A stretch of 64,000 nt of DNA, from contig OX442314.1 of NCBI GenBank assembly GCA_949358305.1, positions 26,226,001 through 26,290,000 of the forward strand, given 5' to 3'. Position numbers and translations under genes: made by a program. Source of the DNA: Strigamia acuminata (taxonomy: Eukaryota). Below are positions 24,664 to 37,900 of the stretch, in pieces; the first letter of the stretch is position 1, and each line of letters begins with the position of its first letter. Under the pieces are notes generated by a model. That model ran no database searches. It saw only the letters and a program-made list of their open reading frames with translations, and was not told where the DNA came from.

Positions 24664-25899
24664 ATGGCCGATAAACAAATCACGATGTTTTTGTCCACAC
24701 ATTTTCAAAAGCAGTGCATTGTTTTGACGAGATTGATATCAAACCAGACTCGACTGTTGCAATTACTACAATCAAGAAGACGAAAGCAACAGTATTGTAA
24801 AAGGCTTAAAGTTATTTTACAACTTGTCTTAAATTCGCGAAGGTCTCCAGAATGTTGGTCCTATCCCAAAGCTGGTGAATGGTGGACACTAGCACAGACT
24901 TTCAGCGACAGACGATGGAAGGAAAATTTCAGAGTGTCTCGGGCAACATATAATGTAATTTGTGAAAAACTTAAAGACATGGCACGATTGGACACTCGTT
25001 TTCGGAAATGTATCAGTTTGGAGAAACGAGTTGCAATTTCTTTGTACACACTGGCATCAACTGCAGAATACCGGACAATTAAGCATTTATTCGGCGTTGG
25101 AAAAAGCACGGTATGTGAAATTTTGATTGAATTCTGCTTATTAATTGTCGATACATTAATGGGCAGTACAATCAAATTTCCAGAAACAACTACGGAATTT
25201 GCAAAAATTGTGTTTGATTTTGAAAATTTATGGCAGTTCCCTCAATGTTTTGGTGCTGTTGACGGCACACACATTGAGATAAGTCCGCCGAAAGAACATG
25301 CTGTGGATTTTTATAATTACAAAAGTTTTTATAGCATTGTGTTGTTAGCTGTGTGTGATGCAAATTATAAATTTATATACATCAGTGCTGGCTCTCCTGG
25401 AAGGAATAATGATTCTCATGTTTTTCAAAACAGTAAAATGTTATCAATTTTAAAAAATTGTGAAAGTTTGTATGCTTTGAGTAAACCTTTTGATAATGTT
25501 CAGGTTCCTTTATTATTATTGGCTGATTCAGCATTCCCCTTAATGCAAACCATGATGAAACCATTTCCTGATAGTTTGAATTTAGATGAGCGCAAAAAAT
25601 TATTTAATTATCACTTAACAAGGGCAAGACGTGTGATAGAAAATGCCTTCGGACGTTTAAAAGCAAGATTTCGATGTTTGAATAAGCGATTAGAAATAAA
25701 ATTAAATAATGTTCATGTATTAGTACAGACATGTTGTGTACTTCATAATATTTGTGAAGATTTAAATGATTCTGTAGATCCTGCATGGTTAGATGAACCA
25801 AATTTAATGTGTGAAAATAATGTAAATTGCATTGTTGGAAACAGAAATCATCCGGCAAAACAAATTAGAGATGCTCTTGTAAATTATTTTTCGTTGTAA
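24664..25899 (+). CDS. Harbinger DDE transposase (HARBI1-like), intact ORF
   Basis: WKENFRVS, LFGVGKSTV, FPQCFGAVDGTH, PGRNNDS, LLADSAFPL, RRVIENAFGRLKARFR, CCVLHN. Confidence 0.95.
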   Translation: MADKQITMFLSTHFQKQCIVLTRLISNQTRLLQLLQSRRRKQQYCKRLKVILQLVLNSRRSPECWSYPKAGEWWTLAQTFSDRRWKENFRVSRATYNVICEKLKDMARLDTRFRKCISLEKRVAISLYTLASTAEYRTIKHLFGVGKSTVCEILIEFCLLIVDTLMGSTIKFPETTTEFAKIVFDFENLWQFPQCFGAVDGTHIEISPPKEHAVDFYNYKSFYSIVLLAVCDANYKFIYISAGSPGRNNDSHVFQNSKMLSILKNCESLYALSKPFDNVQVPLLLLADSAFPLMQTMMKPFPDSLNLDERKKLFNYHLTRARRVIENAFGRLKARFRCLNKRLEIKLNNVHVLVQTCCVLHNICEDLNDSVDPAWLDEPNLMCENNVNCIVGNRNHPAKQIRDALVNYFSL

Positions 25900-25949
25900 C
25901 AAAAGTAAAATGAAAAAACATTAAATAAATAAAAAAAAATTGTTTAAAC

Positions 25950-28900
25950 TTATTTATTATTTTGACTATTTAAAAATTGGCCAAACATTACATTAAATTC
26001 TCCTTGTAATTTTACACTGTCCGAGAATAATGTGTTTTGTTCCTTAAATAAAGAAACAATTTCTTCATCTTGCTTGTTTGTTTCTGCATGCTGCAGTTTT
26101 AACTCCTCCAAAATTTCTTGAGCGACTGAGGCCTTCTTATTCCTCTGCCTACGATCAAGGTGTGACGATTCTACTTTTGGGCTAATTTATTAGTCCTTTA
26201 AGATAGATAATTCGGTTTATACAAGACGTTGCTAAGTTTAGCAACAACCTAACCGAGATAAGCTACGGAAGCCCTTACAAACATGAATATGTGATCAAGC
26301 AGAAACAACTTACAGTTTTAGTGTGACATAACATATTTATTACTAAATATTAACGACAAATGATGGGTTCTTGACGCGTGTAAACGGGCGGCATCAACTG
26401 GTTGAGGATCCGGGCGAAGCCAGAGGGGTACGGCTGACTTGCGGCATCGTCACAAATATCGCTACGGAGACGTATTTGGTCCGCAGCTCGAGTATCTAAT
26501 AATGCGAAGAGTCCTTCGCATAAGTAGGAATATTCAGCAGAATATTCCATGTTCCAAATGAATAAAAGTAAAGTAATTAGTGGAATACAACAAATGCATT
26601 GTTGTATAAATATTAATTGGGCGGGGACCGTCACGACAATTGAGAGAACGTCGCGGGAGTTGTTGAGACTCCATCCGCCAGCATGCCTTACGACGACAAG
26701 ATCTCGTGATCAGGCGCCGAGTATTTAATTGTGTGCTTTAACTCGCTATCGGTGGTACCAACCACCAGGTAAACATTTCTATGGACTTACCGGTATAAAA
26801 AGATATTGCCAATACAGGACTACCAATGCCCGAGTAATTTGTTTAACACAGTGTTGTTCAACTCCTGTTCACGGGTTACTAACCCGGAGGGTACGATGGG
26901 GCGGGGACCGTCACGACGGTCGAGAGAACCATCGCGGGAGGTTTTGACACCTCCATCCGCCAGCATGCCTTACGATGGCGGGATCAGCAGATCGAGCACC
27001 GGGTAAAATATTATTTGGCCACTGCCGTTGGATTACCATTATCCAGGTAGTTGTTTTATCGCAACATCTTTAGATATTACTCACGGGCTACCAACCCGGC
27101 GTGTTACCTGTGCATTAAGCCTTTACCGACTTTTAACGAGCGGAAGGACCAATCGTAGAAAGACGGGAACCTGCGTGGGCTGTTTACAACAACCATCCTG
27201 CAGCGGACTGTGGCCAGTTAGCTGAGGGACCTACTTTCATTTAGCAAGGTCGTACTGTATACGACCGTTATATTAAGCCACCGTACGAAGTCCTACTGTC
27301 CCGTAGAACAGCTGGCTAACGTTACGGGGCCATTTCATGCGAATGCATGTCTATTACCGGAGTTGGCCTTCCCGAAAAGGCCTTACAACAACAATAACAG
27401 ATAGTAATGAATACTATCTGTGGAGAGCTGAGGTGGCCTGATGTGTCGATAGAGAATAATGAAATCAAACGATAACAATTCAACTACAGACAATATACAA
27501 GTTCAGTTATCAAGCCAGGGCGTGGGAGAGTGAGAAACTGGAGCTTATATAGTTCTGTAGAACTACTAGATTGGCGACAGCCAATCAGCGTACGAATCGG
27601 CGGATTCGTGGGTCACTAGTCCGGACCTAATATATGACTATGTCCAGATGGGCCCAGTTGGGGTCCGGAAGGGTCCAATTGGTTCCCTTCGACAGGTAAG
27701 TAATGTGGATATTGATTCGATGGAATCAACATCATTAAGTAATTAATACTTAATTCATTGAATAAAATAGTTATATTTTATTCACCGTGTCTTAAATAAT
27801 TATTTATCACACTTTTTAGTTTTAACCGAGTTTGGAATACGCGCGTTGGTTAAACAACGCCATCTATGGTGAACATTGATAACTATCGATTTGTAATCAT
27901 CACACATCCCCCGGTGACAAGCATAGAGTTTACTAACTCTCGATTGTCATTCTTAATGGATAAGAATGTTCACCTAATTCTATCGAATTAATCCACTTGG
28001 TAAGTATTTTATTAACTTAATCATGTTATTTCTTTCAGAAACTTCGTTACCCGATTAGACTAATCGGCTTCTCTGCACTGCGCAACTCCCGGTTGCTAAG
28101 CGACGCAAATGAACTCGTCCGAACATGGATACATGTTCGAGAACATACAAATTTCGATAGAAATTTTATTTCTCCGTCAAATAAACTTATTCATAGTTTA
28201 TTAATCAACAAGATAGTCAATAAAAATAAATTTATGCAAAACTTTATTTATCGAAAATCTAAACTACTAATTCTTTATTACGAATGTCATAAAAAATTAA
28301 CGAATTTCAACTTGAAATTCTTTAACGCTTCGATCAAAGCAAAATAAACACAAAGTTTCCACAAATAATTATGAAATTTGCAAATAAACATACATTAATA
28401 TGATTAGTTCAAAATAACAACCAAATTGAATTCGGAAAACAAAACAAATTAAATTGAATTCAATTTTAAATCAAACTATATTCTTATGAATATTTAAATA
28501 ATTAGTTCAAAATCTTGAAACCAAACAAACACAACACTCATGAGAATATTTCTTAATTGCAAAAACACAACAAAACACTGGGAGTATTTTTAGTCATAAA
28601 AATCTCCACTCGGAAAAATAAACGAATGTTAACTTTGTCCCTTTTACTCCTTCTTTTCGACGTCAGTCGAATCTTTTTCTTCCTTTTTCTCGACTTCAGC
28701 TGAAGTCAGAAAATCCGATTCTTCAGTCGCCTCTGTCGAGACGGCAGAAAATACAGCTTCTTCCAACGCTTCGATTTCATCCGGACTCGGAGGCGGAAAC
28801 GGCATGTCGTCGAGAAGCTCAGCCACGAAATCAACGACTGAAAGCAGCTCCTCGGCGTCCTCGAACTGCGCGTCGTCCGAAGTCTCAGACTTAGACGCTG

Positions 28901-31900
28901 GAGGGGCGCTAGACACGTCGGTTACGGCCGTTGGAGGATCCTCCACGGGTTTAGACAACGTTTCAACAGCCTGTTGAAGCTTACGAGCTCGCCCTCGTGC
29001 CAAGATGTTGGTTCGTTGAACCTTGGCAATTTCTCTCGCTCGGTCGAGCGTCAGACAGCCTCGTCCTCGTGACATCGCTCTTGGTCGAACGAATTCCTCT
29101 ACAACCTCGCTTCCAACGCTGTCGGCGGCCTGGACAGTTTCAGTTGAAACGTCGGAGTCCTCGGACGGCGGCGGCGACTGTCGAAGGAGTTCGACTCTTA
29201 CGCCGGCGTTGGCTTCAGCGCGAGCCCAGGTGAGGAAGCGCGGGTCGATGTAAACCGCTTCGCCGCGACTATTCAGGAAAAGTCGGCACTTTGGGCAGTG
29301 AGCCCAACATCGCTTTTCGTTCGGCTTAATGCCTTTCACCACGTGGGGCTGAACCTCCTTGCGCCACGGCTCCGAACGCGGTCGCGTTTTCCTTCCTCGA
29401 CAGTTTGGACATCTCATTAATGAGGAACCTGCGGATGCACCGCAGCACCACCCACAGCCGACGCAAAATGGGCAGATCGTCTCTGTGGCTTGGTCCGTCA
29501 CGATGTTATCGTGAGGTATTCCGGCTGCCATGTCACGCTCGCACTGTTCTTTGCGCAGGCGGGCCTTCTCGTCCTTCTTTCGTGCCTTATTGGCCGCTCG
29601 ATACTCGCGGTTGCGAGAAACAGGCTCCGAATAACGCAGAGCGCCCGGCGGCGGCTCATTCCATCCGTATTCAGATGCCGAAGACTCAGCACCAGCAGGA
29701 AGATGCGTAGCAGACGTTGATTGTCCCGTCACAGTCGGTGCAGCCGCATTCGACGTGTTGGCGACGGTGGGCGCCACGCTTGCAGTTGGCGGCCGAAATT
29801 CGGGTGAATGCGGGGCCAACGGGACGTTGATAACGTTTGTGGGCGGATACGCCACCTGGGCCAGCGGGGTCAATTGCGCCGACTCATAAATAGTTGGCTG
29901 CGCAGAAGTGGATGGGGCCTGCATCATCGCATTTAAGTCGAGCGGAAGTCCGTCCGGATGGACACTGAGCCAATTTAGCGTCGCGAGTTGCAGCGGAGTC
30001 AGGGCGTACATCGAGGCGGGCGCCGTCGGTATCGGTTGGGCCCTCATGTAAGCACGTTCCGCTGAACGGCGTTGCTCGTCACTAGACGAGGTGGACGAGC
30101 TAGAGCTTTCATGACGGTGTCGTCGATGACTCCGTTTCGAACGGTGTTTACCGCTTCCCATCTGCAGACGCAAATAAATTATTTTATTAAAAATAATTCC
30201 ACTCTAAATAATCATTCTTTGAGTCCAAAGAATTAAAACGTATTGTTCGCAACGAAAAATACACAACTCGAGTTATTTATAACCCCTAACACGTGACACT
30301 AATGAGTCACATTCCCCTTGTGTTTATGACACGAGAATGGACTCGCCTGACAGCGATTTTCATCGAAAAATCGCAACTTGTTGATTTTTCAAAAGAAAAA
30401 TCCCCGTAGTTTCTATAAACTATTTAATTCCATCTTTGAATATCAAAAATAAACTTCGTATTAATTAATTAACACTTAGTCTAATAAATATCTCACATTG
30501 AAAATTCATCGTTAAATAATTTATGCAAGCCTCGACCGCGACTTGATTTAAATAATTAGTGCCCACGTACTTAAACTTAATAAATAATTATTAATTTTAA
30601 CCCAACTATTCGACTGAATAGCTAAACTTCCAGAGTGATTTAATGCCGATTCACGTTTATAACAGCACGTGAATTTATAACTTTTATCGGGACGCCGATA
30701 TTTTTCAATTGTTGCGAACAATTTTCTAATTCTTTAGTCAAAGAATATTAACGAAAACTACTTACAATTAGAAGCTAGTTTTTCGGGTTTGAAGTCGGCT
30801 AAATGAATTAGCGTCGAAATTCTCAAGTCGAAAAGCGAAGACGGTTGAAGGGACGAAGTCACTAGTATCCGTGTGTTTTAACGAAGTGTTTGTGTGCAAT
30901 GAACCCTGGGAATTTTATTCCCTATTAATTGTCGGGTTCGAGGTTTAATCACACCTCGTAAGTCTCGTACCTTCGTAATTACGCGAGATTATCACTTTTC
31001 AAAGTAATTCTCTGTATTTTGGTTAAAATACATGTAAATACAACCAAAAAATTAAAATATTCTATCGAATATTTAATTCATCGCAACAAATTCATATTTT
31101 AATATAAATTTCACTAAATATCGTAATATCTTGTCCCCCGGTGTTGAGATTATAAATCACTACACCTGTCAGACATGTGAATAATTACAGTCTTCGAGTT
31201 TTGGATAAAACTTTATCAATTCCAACAGAACTTTGAGGCTTTTCCTCGTTGTTGGTATGGTTTTTTAAATACTGCAGTGATGTTTCGCACGAAATTTTCA
31301 TCTGCATATTTAGGATTTGGTTTTCGTTCTCGTCGTGGACGAGTGCTAGTTCGTGGAACTATCGGTTGGGGTTTGCGGGGTTTTCGAGGTGGTTTCTTTG
31401 GAATTTCGCCTCTTTTTAACGCCGCTTTCTTTTCCATAGCAGTTAAGCGTTGTCTATGTCTATGTTTAGACTTTGTGGGCGCAGATTTTTCAATCTGCAC
31501 GGAAGTTGAGTCGGATAATTCCATTGGAATTTCTGAGGAAGTTTCAGGAATTAATTCCATTTCTTCAGCATCCGGAAGTTGATTACTTTCGTCCATCCAT
31601 TTAGGATTTTCTTGAGGCGAGTAAGAGGCGGACTTTTGTCCTACTTTCCAAGTCTCAACCGGGTATGAGGGCGTATAGGGATACAACGCTTTAATATTTA
31701 CTGATTTTTCAATCGAACCATCAGATAATTTGCGTAATTTATACGCTCCGCCTGGAAGTACTTTAGTAATCTCCCACGGACCATCTCTCTTCTCTGCGAA
31801 ACCAGCAGAAATATTTTTATCTGCGCACGAGAGAATGTGAGTTTGTTTCCAAACTAAATCTCCAACTTCAAACTCCGTAATTACGAACTTTTGTTCGTGT

Positions 31901-34900
31901 ATTTTCCTGTGTCGTTCAAAATTCAATTGAATTCTGCGATGCATCTCTTGATGCGATCTGCGCAAGACATCCAATAATACTCTGACATATTTCTCTGGAT
32001 TTTCTTTGTCAAATGGATTGGCATGTTTGATAATCCTTGGGTCGAAAGGTAATGTTACGATTCTCCCCGTGTTGAGTAGCATTGGGCTTGAACCCGTTGC
32101 CGACGAAACGTTATTTCGCATTGCAAATGCGAATTCGTCTAGATATCTTGGCCATTGTGTGTGCACATCTGTGTACAAAGCCAGCATCGTCTTTATATCT
32201 CTATTGGCTCGCTCTGTCGGGTTCGCCTGGGCATGATACGTGCTTGTATGGGACGGGCGAATGTTGTACATTTCGCAATACTCATTGTAAATATCGGAAA
32301 CAAATTGTTTTCCGTTATCGCTCACAATCTTTTTGGGGTGTCCCCATCTGTTTGTAACAGATCTTAATTCTTGAACGCAGTTAGCGCTCGTGGCTTTGGT
32401 CAAAGCCTTAATTTCAACGAACTTGGTACAATTGTCAATAATGACAAAAATATACTGGTTTTGGGACCTTCCCGCGGGTTTCGGGCCCATCAAGTCCATG
32501 TTAATACATTCCCAAGGATTGGTCATGTTGTGCGGTGTGTAAGGAGCTGCGTGCTTTTTCTGTTGAATAGGCTTGTACTGAGCACAGTGCGTGCAGCTTT
32601 TGACGTAGTTCCTGACACTTCTACTCATACCAGGCCAGAAATATATTAAACGTGTTTTCTCCAACGTCTTACTCATCCCAGCGTGACCGCTTAGGGGGTG
32701 GCCATGACAAGCGAAGAGTACTCGTTTTACGAGTGAACTGGGTACAACGGCTTTAAAGCCATTTCCCGAATCGTTTAATTCCTCTTCGAACGAAGGGTTA
32801 AAATAGATGATCATTTGATCACCATCAACTTCTTTTTTGTCTAAACAATAGTTTTTGACTTTGTTTTTCCATTCTTTTATTTCAGATTGTGGTATCCCAA
32901 CAACCTTGTCATTTAATAAATATTCTCGAATGCGTTTGCATTCATTATCTAACAATTGAGCATCTATGATTTCTCTCCTTGTAGGAGGGACTTCTTTAAG
33001 TACTTCAGTCAACGCACTGTACAAGGTTTCTTGTACTTCCTCCCCCTCCTTTTCTTCAGAACATTCTTTAGAATTTTCTGAAAAATAGGAACGCACACTA
33101 GCCAAATATTCGCGTTTCACTGGGGCACGATTTAGTGAAACAGAAGGATTTCCGTCCCACTCAGGCCAGTATTGTTTAATCTCAACAGGTTCCACATGGT
33201 CACGAAGAGGAATGTCTTCCTCTGTTAGTGGGGCTCTAGAAAGTGCATCTGCAACTTGGTTAGCAGCACCTTTTCGAAAAACAATTTTAAAATTTCCACA
33301 TTGGATTCTTAAGGCCCATCGGCCAAATTTCCCAGATGGTTCAGGCGTTCGCATCAACCATTTCAGTGCTTCTGCATCTGACTCTAAAGTGAATGTACCA
33401 TATTCGAGATATGGTTTAAATCGATCGATAGCCCACACTACTGCGAGACATTCGAGTTCCGGCGTTGTATAACGCTTCTCCGCTCCACGTAAAACTCTGC
33501 TTGCATAAGCTACAGGTCTGGGTACAGAAATATTTTTCTGCTTCTTTTCATCGAATATATTGACGTCTTGGCAAAGGACAGCTCCTAAGCCTTCATGTGA
33601 AGCGTCAGTCATGACAACAAATGGCAAAGTCATATCTGGTTTGTGTAGACAATTGTCACCACAAAGTAGCTCTTTAATTTTATTAAAAGCTACTGTCTGC
33701 TCATCTCCCCATTCAAATGGAGTTTTCTCATTCATCATACGTGTGTATGGTGCGGCAATAGTTCCGTGATTTGGAACAAACTTCCTGAAGAAGTTAGTCA
33801 TGCCGTGAAAGCGCTGAATGTCTTTAGCACACGTGGGGGTGGGAAATTTCATGATCGCCGATATTTTATCGGGATCACCGAAGAGACCTTCGGGTTTAAT
33901 CCAGTGGCCCAAGAATTTTAATTCTGTGCGCCCAAAACGAGATTTCGCTTTATTTATTGTCATGTTGGCTTGGTTAAGCCTTTCCAAAACATCTCGAACA
34001 TGTTTGAGATGATCATCCCAATTATCTGAATACACAATTACATCATCCAAATAAACTAACGCGTAGTCTTGCAAAGCTGAGCCTAAAATGCCTTCCATCA
34101 GACGTTGGAAAGTACAAGGCGCATTGCAAAGGCCGAACGGCATTCGCACAAATTGATAAGGGCCGTTTGGCGTATAGAACGCCGTTTTTGGACGATCTTC
34201 CTTACACATTTCGACTTGGTAGTAACCTTTAACAAGGTCAATAGACGTAAAATACTTTGCCGGACCCGTATTATGTAACAAAAGGTCAATACTTGGCATT
34301 TGTATTACTTCGACTTCGGTGATGGCATTCAGCCACCGGTAGTCAATACACATCCTATACGAGCCGTCAGGCTTCGCAACGATGACTGGATGACTTATAA
34401 ATGGCCCTTTGGCCTTTTCAATCAGTCCATCCTGTTCAAGTTCTGCAGCTAGTTTGGTCATAATGGCTCTCTTGGCCGGGTTATACATTCTATACTGCAT
34501 TTTAGGCAATGAATGCCCTTCCTTGAACTTAATTCGATGTTGGGTCACGTTAGTGCACCCAACTTGATCACGAAATACATTCGGTATCGATTTAACCACT
34601 TCGCGAAGTGCTAGTCTTTGTTCTGGAGTGCAGTCGCTCTCCTCAACTAATTTTTTATCCCAAGTCAACACAGGAGTGTCTGTTAACTCAATTGAGTTGA
34701 GAGTGGACGACAGTCCTAAATAATCGAAAGTAATTCGATTTAACGGGGCGAGGGCCAAATTGGCTTCTTCCGACTCATAAGGGGCGGACCAATTGGGTTT
34801 ATCTGCACAAGAGAACTCTTGTAAATGTGGATGCGGACTAATTTTCTGTCTGCGCATGAAATTGTGACCAAGTATCAAGCCACAAACTCGTTTTGCTAAA

Positions 34901-37900
34901 ACGATGAAATTCATTGGTGTAAATTCATCAGCCCATTGCACGCACAAAGTTATTTGTCCGACAGGCTTGTGTGCTACGCCTACAGCGTTAACCAACATGT
35001 TTCTGGGGGCCTCTTGCAAAAATTCTGGCAAAGCCTGAGTTTCAGACAAGAGTTGTTCCCCAATGTAACATTGAGATGCTCCTGTATCCATGAGCGCGTT
35101 GTAGGTGAGCCCACCAATTGTGATCTTCATTCGAGGATCATCTTTATTATTACCTAAAGTAATATTGTGCAAATTGTTACCACCTATGACTCGATTGAGT
35201 CGGCGGAGTCTACAGAATTTCTTCGTGTAGCACTTGTGTGGAAACAATGTCAGATTTTTTAATTGTTCTGTCATTTCTTGCAGATTTTCCTCTACTCCGC
35301 CACTATGACTAGTGGCTACTTCAAGACAAGTTGTGTCTACATCCATAAATAAAGATTCCGACGTAGCATTAGCCACTTCTGGGGGATGGAATAAACCTTC
35401 GTCCCCCGGATCTAGTTTTTTGAACTAGTCGCACTTGAATCTGTCGATTCGGGCTTGATCAAAGTTTTGACCATTTCTGCCAACGAGTTGGTCAGCGAAG
35501 TTTGTAACTTATTTTCAAAAGTATTTAATTTCGCATCAAGTTTAGCATCTAGTGTTGCATCCAACACTTCTTGAGTTATCCATCTGTTATTAGGACGTTT
35601 AGAAGTAGGATCCACAGTCGGGGAATCCGGCGTACTTCGTTTTTGCAACTCTTCAGAGTTGAAATTTGCACGTGGTTTTAAATCTGGACATTCTCGACGC
35701 ATGTGTCCTGGTTTCTTACAGTGGTAACAAACTAATTGACCACGTCTGGTCTGATCTACTACTCCATTTATTAGATAAACGGCCTCACACTCCTCAGGTA
35801 ACTCTTCTTCACAAATATTAAGTTGTTCTTGTGAATCCAAAGTTAAAGATTTAGCATTTGTCTTCGACTGAGGACGTGTGTCAGTTTTCCGAGGTGGGAA
35901 AACAACTGGATTGGAAATATTTTCCCTTGCTCCATTAGCTGTACGACTGTACAGGCCTTTATTTTTTGTTATAACGGCATAAATCTCTGTCAAAGGCAAA
36001 TCCGCTATGCCTTGCGTATGCAAAAGCAAATCGTTAGCAGGAGTTACACTCCCGATGAAGAGACAACCAGCCCCTTTTGCATCAAGACTGTCTTGTAATA
36101 TCCATAACTGGTAATATTTGTGCATAAAGTCGTAAAGACTTTCTGTTTCTAGTTGTTTCAACTTAGTTAGTTGGTTCGTCCGCTCTTGTCGAGTGGCTAC
36201 AAACCGTTCTTTGAACGCCTGTTCAAATACTTCCCAAGATATGAAATCTTCTCTCCTTTCATGAAACCAACCATGCGCTTGCTCGGTTAAATAACCGGCC
36301 ACGCCTTTAACAAGCATGTCATCGAGTGACATGTTTCGCAGAAAAGCGACATTTTTCACAATATTGAGAAAGCGTTCGCTTTCTTCTGCTTTTCCGGAGA
36401 AAACAGGGATATCTGGCGGTTTCAAACAGTTAGTTTGAGGGACAGAGGCGGAACTTTTTCCTGCCTGCATCAACTTGTGCATGGTTGTGGCAATTGACGC
36501 GAGGTCATCAGCCGTCATTCCAAAGCTACTGGGGGGGCGCGAATTGTCATTTGACGATCCGCCATTGTTTGGTTGACTCGAGTTATTTTGACTTGAGCCA
36601 CCACTATTAGGGTTGAAATTATTCGACCCTCCTTGATTCGGTCTACTGTGGTTACCAAAATTCGAATGGTTATTCGAATTACCTTGGTTCCCATAATTCG
36701 AATGATTATTAGAATTATCTCGATTGTTAAAATTCGGGCGATTGTTCGAACTTTCTTGATTACCAAAATTCGGACGATTGTTCGAATTACCTGGCGTACC
36801 CTGATTCAAATAGTTATTTGAATTTCCTGGAGTTCCAGTAGAAGGATTATTTGGGTTATTCGAGTTCGGAGGAACTGGGTGACCCCTTTGCATATTAGGT
36901 GCTGGACTAGAATTGTTTGCAAATCTAGAATTTGGGTCAAAACGGCGGTTTGGACCTCTTGTCGCACCTGAATTTGGGTTCAAATTTCCAGCGAGATTCG
37001 GACAACTATTTGATCCGTTTGGAAAACTTGGATTAGGGTTGGCCATATTAGGCGGACCCAAATTCGCTCTGTTGAACGTATTCTCAAAGTTCTCTGGATT
37101 TGTAAATCCTCTTTGTTGGTTGCGAGCGAAGTTATTCGCTCGTAATCGTTGCTGGAAAGCACGATTAAAATCTCCTGGTGTCAAATTCGACTGATCTTGA
37201 CGAGGAGGTTGTGCATTTTTATTTCTATATCTAGAAATAGGCGTCGAAGGAGTGGGACTAAAATTATTTAATCTTTGGCTGGCTGGGGAATTAGGTTGCT
37301 CCGACGTAGTACGACGCGCGTGCACGAAATCTAATACTTCGGTCAAAGATCTAAATTGGTTTGGGTTCAAACCGTGATCCTGACAAAATAATAGACCGCC
37401 TCGGCCTAAATGAGAACCTTCAGGAATGCATTCCTCTTCTCCAGGCGGAGTAGGTTCACGTGGAGCCCTATTCTCTCCAGATGGTCCGGCTGTTTCATTT
37501 GAAACGCCATTATGGACCGCGTGGTTTCCCACTTCTTCAGTTCCATTAGGAACAGGTATAAACCCGGATAGATTCATTCCACCGGTCAAACAAGTTCTTT
37601 CCTTACCACGGGTGTTCATGTGATGCTGGTTATTAGTCATAACTAAACTTAAAACTAAGAAAATTTCCTAAGTCTGAGAGATAACGATGAAGTTGCAAAC
37701 GTTCAGGAGGATCGCAAACGAAGCAGTGGTCACACTAGTTCGAAGGGAAGTAAGGGTACTTCGATACACCTCTCTGATTGGTCAAGTATCAACGCTAGTC
37801 TCGCGAGAGTCCAATCTCGTCCGAGATTGGTGGAAATCATCAAGTTCGTGGAACCGTAATCTTGACAGATTCCAGTGTTACGACGTAGTCACCAAACAAA

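Noticed and set aside
26350..27225. Small ORFs repeated at 39139-40014
   Set aside because: Incidental frames inside the duplicated LTR with no recognisable domains.
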